From the IMG/VR virus record IMGVR_UViG_3300031823_000006, positions 6,151 through 70,150 of that record: 64,000 nucleotides of DNA. One strand, written 5' to 3'. The stretch is from a virus. Positions 38,799 to 48,665 of this stretch are shown here, piece after piece; position 1 is the stretch's first letter; each line of letters begins with the position of its first letter. Below the pieces are notes generated by a model, which was not told the origin of the DNA, ran no database searches, and saw only the letters and a program-made list of their open reading frames with translations. The position numbers and the translations under genes were made by a program.

Positions 38799-39185
38799 TC
38801 AGTCACCCACCACGAACGGCGCCGGCTGCTCGTGCTTCGGCGCGAGCTCGTCAGCCTCACGCCGGCGCTCGATCGCACGCACACGCGCACCGTGCGCGCT
38901 CGCTGCCCGCGACTCGACCTCGCGCATCGCGTATTCCTGCTCCTTCTCCGCTTGCGCCTCGGCCTCGTCAGCATCGGCACGGATACGCTCGCGCACAGCG
39001 CCCACGTGGTCGATCACGCGCGAGTGCGTGCCCGGGCGGTGAACCTTGGCGACGGTGCGCGCGAGCTTCAGCGCCTCCTTCGCGCTCACGTCCTGCTGCG
39101 AGCCATCCACGTACAGCCGCCAACGCCCGAACTCGTGGCGCAGCTTGACCTCCATGCCGGGGAAGTCTCCGGCGTCAGCGCTCAT
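38799..39185 (-). CDS. Hypothetical protein
   Basis: 128 aa, coupled. Confidence 0.5.
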   Translation of the reverse strand: MSADAGDFPGMEVKLRHEFGRWRLYVDGSQQDVSAKEALKLARTVAKVHRPGTHSRVIDHVGAVRERIRADADEAEAQAEKEQEYAMREVESRAASAHGARVRAIERRREADELAPKHEQPAPFVVGD

Positions 39186-39719
39186 CCTCGTGCGCGGATC
39201 GCGGTGTCCAGCGAGTCAACAGCACCACCGGCGTGCCCGACTTCGCCGGCGAGCATCAACGTCGCCGCCAGCCTGCCGAGCTCCGCGTGACGCACCGACT
39301 CCGCACCGCTCGTCATCAGCCCAGCAGCCATGTGAGCCTCAGCGAGAGCTCCCCATTCACGGCGCTCCGCGAGATTGCGGAACGTCTCGTAATTGGGGAT
39401 CGCGTGACCGTGACCGCCACGGAATACCTCCATCGCTGCGTCGATCCGCTGATTCGTGCCCGCCGGGACGGCACCTTCGCCGCCGAGTCCGACGCCGACG
39501 ATCATCGCCTGCTTGATCTCGTCGTCCGTGTAGAGCTTTGTGCTCATCGCTTCGTCTCCCTTCTTTCCCACCACAGTCGGATCACGAGCAGCACGAGCAA
39601 CGGCACCACCACGAACGCCGGGAAGGCGTAAGCGCTGCGATGCGCCGACGCCCACGCCAGCCCGAGCATGAACACCGCGCACATCAGCGCGAACCACGGC
39701 CACGACCATCGCCCCGTCA

Positions 39720-40583
39720 TCAGTGGCCGTCCTTTCCCGGTCCCGGCCCGAGCGGATCGTCCACGATCCCACCCGACGCCGGCTCGGCCAACTGCTCCAC
39801 CAGCGAAGCACCGACGCTCTGCGACAACGACAAGCCCTCGGCCATCGTCAGCATCGGCGGGTCCTCGTCACTCTGCACCACCAGCTTCGCGTTCAGCAGG
39901 TGACGCACACTCTCGCGCGCTCGATCGACATTGCACATCGCCACCGACGCCAACTCCTCGACCGTCACCGGCCTGTCGAGCTCACGCAGCCGCTTATACA
40001 GCCTCCCTGGCAGTGTCCGTTCCTCGATCAAGTCAGCCGTGATCCTCCTGGCCGCCTCCTGCTCGTCGGTTATCTGCGCCGACTGTTCGCGGTGCTGATC
40101 GCGGAGCTTCGCCATCGCCGCGATCTCGGGCTTCGGCAGACGCCCCACCATCACCTGCGGCAAGTGCAACCACAGCAGCATCGAATCACCCACGCCTCCG
40201 AGCGAACTGATCTGCGAGCGAAGCTGCTCCTGCTGGCCGTCCGGCTCATGGAACGCGGTCACACCACCGACTGCGGCCAGTATGCGCTCGAACGACTCCT
40301 GCGACCTCGGCTTCAGAAACAACGACGGGTCCAGCACGTCCTCGCAACCCTGCGGCGCTTCGATCGTCACGCGCACCGCTCCAGCGAGCCACGTCTCCAC
40401 GATCTCGTCGGTGTTCGGTCCTGCCGCCGTGAGCAGTTGCAGCGCCCACGCGCGTGCCGCGTCGGCGTCCACATCCACATCGGTCACGACGCCGATGCCG
40501 TCCTTCTCAGTCCTGATCGACCACTCCACACGGCCGTCCTCGGCACGCACGGGATCGGTCATCTCCAGCTTGTCCGCATCCAT
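39720..40583 (-). CDS. Hypothetical protein with winged HTH
   Basis: RPVTVEELASVAMCNVDRARESVRHLLNAKLV. Confidence 0.6.
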   Translation of the reverse strand: MDADKLEMTDPVRAEDGRVEWSIRTEKDGIGVVTDVDVDADAARAWALQLLTAAGPNTDEIVETWLAGAVRVTIEAPQGCEDVLDPSLFLKPRSQESFERILAAVGGVTAFHEPDGQQEQLRSQISSLGGVGDSMLLWLHLPQVMVGRLPKPEIAAMAKLRDQHREQSAQITDEQEAARRITADLIEERTLPGRLYKRLRELDRPVTVEELASVAMCNVDRARESVRHLLNAKLVVQSDEDPPMLTMAEGLSLSQSVGASLVEQLAEPASGGIVDDPLGPGPGKDGH

Positions 40584-40598
40584 CGCCTACTCCTTCGC

Positions 40599-40632
40599 GC
40601 TCGGGTTACACGAGAGAGTAACAGCGTTACCC
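40599..40632 (-). promoter_or_regulatory. Palindrome / extended -10 / leader element
   Basis: GGGTAACGCTGTTACTCT-N8-ACCCGAGC-GCGAAGGAG. Confidence 0.8.
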
Positions 40633-41909
40633 GTCAAAAGTCAGGCCCGTCGAGCCCACCACCACCGAAGCGTCCGTTCATCCCCTGCGACAGTTCGCGG
40701 CCCATCCGTGACAACAGCCCACCGAGCAGCGGCGATGCCGACGCACCATCCACCGGACTGCGGCCTTCCTGCTCCCAAATCTCGCGCACGCCGGCTTCCT
40801 CAGCAGCGCTCAGCTTGCGGACATTGTGGCCCGTGCTCGCCTCGTGACCGTTCGCCTGCTCAGCCGACCCGATCAACTCGCAAGCCGGACAACACCACAG
40901 TTCGACGGCCTCCATCAGCGACCCCGCGCGAGCGCCTTCTGCTGCGAGATCACGTTGTCCATGACCATCTTCGTCTGCCGCAACGCCTCCTCCCGACATT
41001 CGACGCACAGCGCGTCCACCAGGCGCAGCGCCTCGATCGCCACACCCTCGATATCGCCGCTCACAGTCACGACCGTCTGCGAGCGCATCACCGTCACCGC
41101 CGGGGAATCCGGCTCACCCACGCTCACGGTCACAGTCACGGTGTCAGGCATCCGGCTCATCCTCCTCGCTCGCACGGACGATGCGCTCAGCGACCGCCAG
41201 CATCTTCTCCCGCTCCCACGTCCTGACGGTCGTGATCTCCTGGAGCTCCCTTTCGAGCGCGTCCGCCGCTCGCTCAAGCCTGCTCTGATCCACCATTCCC
41301 TGTCCTCCCTCAGTCGAAGCCCGCGGCCAGCAGCGTAGCGACCGCATCATCACGCAGAAGCCGCCGCTGCTCCGGGCGCGCGTCGTCCAGCGTCTCGTCA
41401 TCTTCGATGCTCTGCAAGCGCCTACCGAGCGTCACCGCCCCAGCGTTTACACGAGCATCAGCCTCCGCGATCACCCGCGCAGCGAGCACGAGCCGCAAGA
41501 TCAACGCCAGCCGCTCCACTAGACGACCTGCTCCATGTAGCGCGTGACCCGCGCGTGCTCCATCGACTCCCGAATGTACGGCCGCCACGGCGGCACGCTC
41601 GCGCGCCGGTGTGTCTCCTGCACAGCCCACTTGCGCGCCTGATCGGCCGACTTCGTGCCACCAGTGCGGTACTCCAACCGCGCGATCTCATACCGGATGC
41701 CCGTCTTCGAGACGATCGTGTGCGCCTCCACCACCACGTCCCACATCGGCACGTCGCGTGTGAGCAGCGGGTTGTTGCTCACCGCAGCGTCCGCTCCGCG
41801 AGCTCCGTCCCGCCGGCGCACAGCAGCACGCCAGCGATGATCGCCCACCACGGCGCACTCACCCACACGCCGATCACGAGCATGGTCACGGCTGCACCCA
41901 CGATGTTCT

Positions 41910-42215
41910 TCACGCTGCCACGACCTCGATCCGGTCGCAGTCGTGCGACGGCTTGATTTCCGCGTTCAGGTAGCCACCCACGCTGTCGGCCTCCACGAGC
42001 TCGGCGTGCTGCTCTTTGCGGACGGCGGTGTAGCGGTAAATGCGTCCCACGCTGCCATGAAACTCGACATAGAGATGACCCAAGTGAGGCGGTTTGCCTT
42101 TCACGAACGGCCCGACTTCGCCGCTCTGCACCCACGCCACGCGCGCCACGTTGCTCGACTCGACCTCCTGCCACGGCAACGCCTCAACGTCGCTCGCGTT
42201 CATTCGCTCCGCCAT
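41910..42215 (-). CDS. KTSC domain protein
   Basis: VESSNVARVAW...LYVEFH...YRY..V....AELVEADSVGGYLNAEIK. Confidence 0.85.
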   Translation of the reverse strand: MAERMNASDVEALPWQEVESSNVARVAWVQSGEVGPFVKGKPPHLGHLYVEFHGSVGRIYRYTAVRKEQHAELVEADSVGGYLNAEIKPSHDCDRIEVVAA

Positions 42216-42431
42216 GCCAACCTCCTCGCCATCACCATTGCCCGGGCAACTACTCTCGGCCTCGCTCGCGCAGCCAATCCGAGAGCTCGTCGCGGAGCTC
42301 TCGGACCTCGCGCGCATCCAGCACGCGCTTCCCATCGTCAGCCACGCCAACGCTCAACTCCAACGCCGGCGAGCCGATGCCCGTCGTCGTCTCCGCCACC
42401 CTCAGATCACCGATCATCAGTCGATCAATGC

Positions 42432-42737
42432 TCATCGCGTCGCCTCGGCCGCGAACTCGCTGCGCGCCTGCTCCAATATCTCGGCCACCACGTCGATCAG
42501 TGGGCGCGGCGTCGGCGTGTGCAAGCTCGCCGTCATCAGCGTGTTGTAGCGAGCGATCAGCGGCGAGTGCATCCCTCGGCACGGCACGGCGCCCGTCGCC
42601 GCCTCCTGATTGTCAGCGCGGATACCTACCCACACAGCGCAGCCGCACTCGATTGACGCGCGCCACCGGCAAAGCAACGTCGGCATCCCCGCCTGCGACA
42701 ACACCTTCGTCTCCGGTGTGAAGTCCTCGACCTTCAT
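42432..42737 (-). CDS. Hypothetical protein
   Basis: 101 aa, coupled. Confidence 0.45.
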   Translation of the reverse strand: MKVEDFTPETKVLSQAGMPTLLCRWRASIECGCAVWVGIRADNQEAATGAVPCRGMHSPLIARYNTLMTASLHTPTPRPLIDVVAEILEQARSEFAAEATR

Positions 42738-42740
42738 CGC

Positions 42741-43025
42741 TCACTCCCACGCGATGACGTTCGCGGCCAGCATGAAGCGCACGTCCCCGATGTTGATGCC
42801 GCGCCCGTCCGTGTAGAACACCGTCGCGCCAGCCTCGAACGGCACGAGATGTTCCGGTGCCTCGCCAACCTCGACCACGACCGCGCTGACGACCTGCACC
42901 GGCGGACCTCCGCCAAGCATCTCCACGAGCGGATGCTGGCCTGCTGCGTGGACCTCACCACACACCGAGCAGGGCTTCTCCTCCTTCGGTTCAGGGATCG
43001 GGACGACCGCGATCCAGCCGGGCAT
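42741..43025 (-). CDS. Divergent GroES-like protein; 5' end out of frame at a G12 tract
   Basis: PMPGWIAVVP...AVVVEVGE...FEAGATVFY..GRGI.IGDVRFM....VIAW. Confidence 0.5.
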   Translation of the reverse strand: MPGWIAVVPIPEPKEEKPCSVCGEVHAAGQHPLVEMLGGGPPVQVVSAVVVEVGEAPEHLVPFEAGATVFYTDGRGINIGDVRFMLAANVIAWE

Positions 43026-43079
43026 CGGGTGAGCGTGCGCAATGCCATCAGACGCCCCCCCCCCCCGACGATCTAGGCA

Positions 43080-43409
43080 TCACAGTCGCACCGCGCGAGC
43101 TTCGAGCAGCGGCATCTGCATCCCCACAAGGTTCTCCGCGATCAACCGCGCAATCGACGCTGCCCGCGTCAACGGCCCGAGCGGATCATCACCACTCGAC
43201 GGCGAGCCCTGTCCGAGCTCGAAGTTGACCAGCACGGTCCCGTCGTCAGCCGACACGATCGGGTGATCTCCAACGTCAGCGAAGCGCCTTGTCGGACGCC
43301 CGTGGAGCTCCATCGTGCCGAGCAGCGCATCCATGACCGAGCTCGCCGTCAGCCCGTCCACCGCAACCATCTTCACCGTGCAGTCCCACCGCACAACCTC
43401 GTCCATCAT
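43080..43409 (-). CDS. Hypothetical protein
   Basis: 109 aa; motif-bearing leader. Confidence 0.55.
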   Translation of the reverse strand: MMDEVVRWDCTVKMVAVDGLTASSVMDALLGTMELHGRPTRRFADVGDHPIVSADDGTVLVNFELGQGSPSSGDDPLGPLTRAASIARLIAENLVGMQMPLLEARAVRL

Positions 43410-43420
43410 GGCCTCCTATC

Positions 43421-43452
43421 GCTCGGGTCAGCGTAGGGTAACAGCATTACCC
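43421..43452 (-). promoter_or_regulatory. Palindrome / extended -10 / leader element
   Basis: GGGTAATGCTGTTACCCT-N6-ACCCGAGC-GATAGGAGG. Confidence 0.8.
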
Positions 43453-43919
43453 GGCGGAAGGACGGCGCGGCTCGATCAGCACGCGATCCGCGAGCCCCAG
43501 CCGCTTCACAGCCCACGAGTGTTCATACTCAGCGCCGGCGCCGGACTGCTCCTCGAACCTGAACGTCGAGAAGCGCACGACCATCGGACAGTGCCCGCGC
43601 TCCCACGTGCAGGGCTCACCCTTCGGTCCTCGCACCGTGCAGTAGCGCGCGCTGTGCGTCGCTCCACCGATGCCTGCCTTCCATCCCAACCTGACGAACG
43701 CCTTGTGTCGCAGGTTGCCGCGCATCGACCTGTCCGTCAGCCACGACTTCGCTTCGAGCGTCACCGACTGCACACGCCCTTCCTTACTCATCGTGTCCCG
43801 CGGCCACTGGAGCAGCACACACCACCACCGCCAGCGCCCACGTGCCTGCACGCGCACGCGCACCATGAGCTCGCGGTGCTTACGCCGGCGTGTGCTCCAC
43901 GGCCCACGCATCTCGACCT

Positions 43920-44387
43920 TCAGGCGCCGTGACAGTGCTTCCACTTCTTCCCCGACCCGCACGGACACCGATCGTTCCTGCTGACCGTCTTGCCGGTGCG
44001 CGGATCACGCCCAAACGCGCGGCCCTGCGTCTCGCCCTCACACGAGCGTCGGAACGTCGTCGTCTCGGGATCGTAGACGTACCAGCACACCACGGCGTCG
44101 AACGGTGGCCGCTGCTCCCACGCATCCCACACACCGCTCGGCTTCTCGCAATGCGCGCACGTGCCGCCACCGTCGAGCACCGTCTCCAACAGCCGCAACG
44201 CCGCGCGCAACGGGTTGAGCGCGCCTGCTGCCTCGAACTGCCAGCCGTCGATCGTTGGGAACTCAGCAGCCACGAGCCACAGCGTCGGCTCGTCGTCATC
44301 GTGATAGCGGACCTGCACCTGCTTGGCGCCAGTGCGGCCGATCAAGTCGATGCAGGCAAGGAAGCGAGGATCGCCGGCGTCGGTCAT
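43920..44387 (-). CDS. SEC-C motif protein
   Basis: C-terminal [19 protein letters not shown]. Confidence 0.85.
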   Translation of the reverse strand: MTDAGDPRFLACIDLIGRTGAKQVQVRYHDDDEPTLWLVAAEFPTIDGWQFEAAGALNPLRAALRLLETVLDGGGTCAHCEKPSGVWDAWEQRPPFDAVVCWYVYDPETTTFRRSCEGETQGRAFGRDPRTGKTVSRNDRCPCGSGKKWKHCHGA

Positions 44388-44915
44388 CCGTGGCCCTTCG
44401 GCGTTGCGAGCTCCAACACGACGACGCCAGCGTGCATGTGCCCACGCACCACCGGCACGCCTCGCCGGCGTTCGTGCTCTACCTGCGCCGCCACGATCGC
44501 GTCGCCCTGTCCGTTCTGCTCGACCTCGCGCAGATACCGTTGCCATTGCTCCAGGCCAGCACGACACCGCTCCATCACTTCGCGCACGTAGTCGTCGGTC
44601 ATCCGCCGAGCTCCATGCGCAGCCCGTCGATCCCGTCACCGATCATGCGCTCCCAGCGCGGCTCGCCTGCGCTGTGAATGAACTCAGCGGACCAGTTGAC
44701 CAGCGCTATACGCTCACCCGTGACGCTGCTCTGATGCCCCATCACGTTCCGCACGCGCAGTTCGACCATCAGTTTGTCCGGCAAGTCGGGTGCTTGGCGC
44801 TCGACGCGCATCAGCACTTGCCACTCGTACAGCGGCGGGATCACGTCCAGCGCACGCTCGAACACCGCCGCGGCGAACGCGCCCATCCGCTCCAGCTTCA
44901 ACCACTCCTGCACGA

Positions 44916-45338
44916 CTACTCGCCGGCGTTCGCTGCGATCTGCCTGCGCACAGCATCGCCGGCGCACTCCAGCATCCCGACCATCTCCCACAGCGTCACG
45001 TCGCCGCCCTGACGCCAGAAGATCGAACGGTTGCCGTCCGGGTCCTCGCCACGCACGAGCACCAGGATTCCCTCCGGCGCCCACCCGTCCGGTACTTCGG
45101 GATCGTCCAGCGGGACGCCCATCGCGCCCGTCTCCGCGACGTTGATCTTCACGCCACCACCCACGAGCGTCGCCAACGGCACCTTCCCGATCGCCGCGGC
45201 CAACGCCGCGCGCAACTGCTTCTCGTCCTTCACCCGCAACTGCGTGACTGGCTTCTCCTGCGCCTGCTGCGTCTTCGTCAGCAGCGTGCGCTTGAACGCC
45301 TCCACAGCCTCGTCGGGTAGGTCATCAGCCAACGCCAT
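44916..45338 (-). CDS. Hypothetical protein
   Basis: 140 aa directly downstream of the tRNA; motif-bearing leader. Confidence 0.55.
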   Translation of the reverse strand: MALADDLPDEAVEAFKRTLLTKTQQAQEKPVTQLRVKDEKQLRAALAAAIGKVPLATLVGGGVKINVAETGAMGVPLDDPEVPDGWAPEGILVLVRGEDPDGNRSIFWRQGGDVTLWEMVGMLECAGDAVRRQIAANAGE

Positions 45339-45351
45339 CTCAACCTCCATC

Positions 45352-45385
45352 GCTCGGGTATCGCGGGATCGTAACAGCGTTACCC
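45352..45385 (-). promoter_or_regulatory. Palindrome / extended -10 / leader element
   Basis: GGGTAACGCTGTTACGAT-N8-ACCCGAGC-GATGGAGG, starting 6 bp after the tRNA 3' end. Confidence 0.8.
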
Positions 45386-45391
45386 GTCAAG

Positions 45392-45476
45392 TGCTCGGGG
45401 CGGGACTCGAACCCGCACGCCACGAAGGGCAGCCGATTTTAAGTCGGCCGCGTCTGACCAATTTCGCCACCCGAGC
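45392..45476 (-). tRNA. tRNA-Leu(UAA), bldA-type anticodon, CCA not encoded
   Basis: Acceptor GCTCGGG/CCCGAGC+A; anticodon arm GCCGA-CTTAAAA-TCGGC (anticodon 45439-45441); long variable arm; T arm GCGGG-TTCGAGT-CCCGC. Confidence 0.95.
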
Positions 45477-45483
45477 AAACGAC

Positions 45484-45513
45484 GACGGGCGCCCCCACTA
45501 GAGAGCGCCCGTC
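45484..45513 (-). terminator. GC-rich hairpin immediately 5' of the tRNA
   Basis: GACGGGCGC-N12-GCGCCCGTC followed by GTCGTTT. Confidence 0.5.
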
Positions 45514-45609
45514 GCGTACTGCATCCTCGGAGTGCCGGCCCTTACCAGCGCCGAAGCGCTACTCCAGACCACGAGCTCGGAACCCGTGGCGTCCGGCGAT
45601 GGAAGATGG

Positions 45610-45975
45610 TCAGGCCGCCGCGGTGTCTTCACCCAGCGTCTTGACGTGAGCGGCCAGTTCGGTGTCGGCCGTCTTCAAGGACGTGTCCACTTCGCCGGCG
45701 AGAGTCGAAAGCTGCGTCGCCTCTTCGTCGGTGAGCGCGCCCTGCGCCTGCTTTTCGAGCAGTCCCTTCAGTTCGGTGAACTTTTCACCGGACTCCTGCA
45801 CAGCTTCGGCCGCCTGCACGACAATCGCGTTGTCGTCCTTCACGTCCGCGTCCAGCCCTTCGAGCTCCTGCTTGACCGCTTCGCCTGCTGCGTCCATCTT
45901 GCGTATCTCCCTTGTCAGAGCGTCGAGCTTCCGAAGGATCGCTCGCTCGCCCGGTGAATAACAGTGGTCGTTCAT
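45610..45975 (-). CDS. Acidic coiled-coil hypothetical protein
   Basis: 121 aa; TGTAGGCT 7 nt before the ATG (leaderless). Confidence 0.6.
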   Translation of the reverse strand: MNDHCYSPGERAILRKLDALTREIRKMDAAGEAVKQELEGLDADVKDDNAIVVQAAEAVQESGEKFTELKGLLEKQAQGALTDEEATQLSTLAGEVDTSLKTADTELAAHVKTLGEDTAAA

Positions 45976-46236
45976 CTGCGCGAGCCTACACCTTCGAGCG
46001 GCATCGTGCTCACAGGTACTCGCCGCTCAAGATCAGGAACTCGCCGGCCGCTGCGCGCCGCTCATCGCGGGTAGAGCTCCGGTCCACCATCGCCCGCGAA
46101 GAAGCCTGCAACGGCTCGGGCAAACGCTCGTGTTCGGGCTCGATCACGGGCAGCGGCTCGAACGACTGCATGGCGAAGTCCATCCGCAGCTTGAAGCGCA
46201 ACTCGTCGTAGTCGAGCGAATACGGATCATCGCTCC

Positions 46237-46938
46237 TCACGACTGCACGACCTCGGCGTCCGTGACCGGCTCCGTCGCCGGCGGTAGCTGCTGAACGCCC
46301 GACCACTCCGCCACCTGCGCACGGAGCTCCTGCGGTGTGATCGTCCCAGCTTCGAGGCGATCGAGCAGCCGATCGAGCACGTCCGCGAGCTCGCGCACTT
46401 CGATCAGGTGGCGCATCGTCCCGAGCTCGTGCGGCAGCTTCCCGACGCCCTGCAAGAGCTCGCGTACCTCCTTCACGAGCCGACGCCACTCCCGGCCTGC
46501 CGCGACCACCACCGCCTCGTGCTCGCTCGTCTGCACGAGCCCGGCCATCGTGTCGCGCATCACCGTGAGCTCGTTCAGCATCGACTCGATCAACTCCACC
46601 GGGTCGCGGTCCAACGGACGCACCGCGTCGCCCTCCTCGACGTGCTTCAGGTAGTCATCGACCACCCGTTCGAGCGTGCGGCGCTGACGACCATCGCGCT
46701 TGACGATCTCAGCCCACGGTTGCTTCTCGAACACGCGCCAGTGGATCACCCACCGATCCATCACATTGCGGCGCCACCCGCTCGTGATCTTGCCCTTCAC
46801 CGGCGAGCGTTTTGCGCGCTTCGAGCTCGCCTTCTTCGCCGGCGGTCGGGGGGATCGCTTCGCTGCCGCGGGCTTTCGTGTCGTCTTTGTGTTGCGAGCC
46901 TTCGGTTTCTGCGACGTTGATTCTCGCTTTGCCGCCAT
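46237..46938 (-). CDS. Possible terminase small subunit
   Basis: Basic N-terminus, HTH-like WAEIVKRDGRQRRTLERVV, helical hairpin; TACGCT 6 nt before the ATG. Confidence 0.4.
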   Translation of the reverse strand: MAAKRESTSQKPKARNTKTTRKPAAAKRSPRPPAKKASSKRAKRSPVKGKITSGWRRNVMDRWVIHWRVFEKQPWAEIVKRDGRQRRTLERVVDDYLKHVEEGDAVRPLDRDPVELIESMLNELTVMRDTMAGLVQTSEHEAVVVAAGREWRRLVKEVRELLQGVGKLPHELGTMRHLIEVRELADVLDRLLDRLEAGTITPQELRAQVAEWSGVQQLPPATEPVTDAEVVQS

Positions 46939-46960
46939 GTGTGCAGCGTACACCCGGCGT

Positions 46961-47305
46961 CTACTGGTATGTGATGCGGTCCAGGCGCTCCGCGATCTGG
47001 AGCGGTGCTGTGGGATGCACGTCGAAGAAGCCCCTGCACACCGCCTGCTCGCCGTCCAGCGTGTCGTGACAGATGATCGCGGACTCGTGCGCCTTCGCGC
47101 TGTCCACCATTTCGCGCACACGGCCACGGTGTAGGCGCATCAGGTTCCCCGGTCTGAAGATGCACGTCGAGCACATCTCCGCGCACACGTGGACACGACC
47201 ATCACGGTACGGCGGCGAGCTCACGCCGGCCACGTCACCCACGTCAGGCAGCCCGGCCCGTACATCTCCAGGTAGAACCACATCAGCCACTCCGCGCGCC
47301 GCCAC
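46961..47305 (-). CDS. Cys/His-rich hypothetical protein
   Basis: CAEMCSTCIFRPGN...ICHDTL...VCRGF. Confidence 0.55.
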   Translation of the reverse strand: MAARGVADVVLPGDVRAGLPDVGDVAGVSSPPYRDGRVHVCAEMCSTCIFRPGNLMRLHRGRVREMVDSAKAHESAIICHDTLDGEQAVCRGFFDVHPTAPLQIAERLDRITYQ

Positions 47306-47374
47306 TCGAACGTCGAGCCGAACTGGCGCACTATCATCGTGACCTCGATCGGTGTCGCCTCGATCTCGATTCCC

Positions 47375-47767
47375 TCAGCGTGCATCGCACGTCCCTCCCG
47401 CCGGCGGCAACATCAACCGCGGCGCAGGGAGCTCCAACGGCTCCTCGATCGCATCTACGTCCACAATCCCAGCCGCGCGCCGCGCTTGCGCGCTCATCCG
47501 TTCGAGGAAGGCGTCCAGCGCGTCCTCAAAGCGCGCCTCCCACTCCACGGGATCGGCGCCCAGCGTGGGCACCACATACCATTCACGGCCGCGCTTACGC
47601 GCCAGCACACGCTCACGGTGGCGCCTCGCCGCTGGCCCCCTATAGCTCGTGATCGGCTCCGTCAAGAGCAGCGGGTCCTCCAGCGTGTCCTCGTCCTCGT
47701 CGTAGCCGTAGACCTCCGGGTTGCCCGTCATGTAGTCGCGCTGCACGTAGATGATGACGATGCTCAA
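47375..47767 (-). CDS. Hypothetical protein
   Basis: 130 aa, coupled. Confidence 0.45.
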   Translation of the reverse strand: MSIVIIYVQRDYMTGNPEVYGYDEDEDTLEDPLLLTEPITSYRGPAARRHRERVLARKRGREWYVVPTLGADPVEWEARFEDALDAFLERMSAQARRAAGIVDVDAIEEPLELPAPRLMLPPAGGTCDAR

Positions 47768-48008
47768 CGGATCGCCGCCGCCTTCTCCGTCAGCCTGAAC
47801 GTGTGGCCGATCGAGTGCGAGCGCCGGCGTTCGACGTAGCCCTCAGCGAGCGCTTCACGCAGCACCTTCCGCACACGCGGCTCGCCCATCTCCCGACCGT
47901 TCAACGTCGTGTGTCGAGCGATCCTGAACGGCTCCGTCCAGCGATCGAGCATCGGCGTCTGCCGTTCCGCTTCGCGCAGCCCGACGATCACCACGCGCAT
48001 GACGACGT

Positions 48009-48665
48009 TCATGCCGCGAGCTCCAGCGCACCTTGACCTGGCGCTGGCCGTGGAGCTCCGCTCACGAACCGCAGCCCGTTCTCCAGGTGCGTCTTGCGCC
48101 ACTTCACCCACTTCGTCCCGTCCACGCTGTCGCAGCCGATCGAGCGCGCATAGTCGATCCGCTTCTTCGAGTTGACGCGGCCCATGTGGACCCACTTGCC
48201 GCGCCGCTTCGCCTCGGCCACGATCTCACGGATGCGCGGTCCCAGCTTCTCCTCATCGGTCGCGCAGCCGATGAACAACGCCGCGATCGACCCCCACGGC
48301 ACACCACGCGGATCGTACTCGCAGCCGTCCTCCTGGATCACGTAGGCGACGGGCAAGCCACGCATCAGGATCGCCGGCGCGTACTCCTCAAACAGCAGGT
48401 CCGTCAGCCCAGCGTCACCCACCACGTCGGGCGACGTGACGAACCTGCACCCCGGCACGCCGGCGATCGAGTCCAGCATCTCCTCGAACGCCGCGGCGGC
48501 CTCAGCAGTCCAGCCTTGGAAAGCGTCGTTATCCGCAGCCCACGGGATGCCGCGCGCCGCCGTCAAGCGGATGCCGCGATGCTGGCGCGGCTGCACGAGC
48601 CGTCCAAGGCACGGGTGCTCGTGTTCGATCATCTGCGCCTCGGCCTGCGTCGCCAATAGCAGCAT
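48009..48665 (-). CDS. TGT/DpdA-like TIM-barrel protein
   Basis: WAADNDAF, PDVVGD, WVHMGRVNS, GCDSVDGT. Confidence 0.5.
   Translation of the reverse strand: MLLLATQAEAQMIEHEHPCLGRLVQPRQHRGIRLTAARGIPWAADNDAFQGWTAEAAAAFEEMLDSIAGVPGCRFVTSPDVVGDAGLTDLLFEEYAPAILMRGLPVAYVIQEDGCEYDPRGVPWGSIAALFIGCATDEEKLGPRIREIVAEAKRRGKWVHMGRVNSKKRIDYARSIGCDSVDGTKWVKWRKTHLENGLRFVSGAPRPAPGQGALELAA

Noticed and set aside
45392-45476. tRNA as a prophage att boundary
   Set aside because: Phage genes and the same regulatory motifs continue on both sides; no duplicated 3' fragment beyond 8 bp and no integrase.
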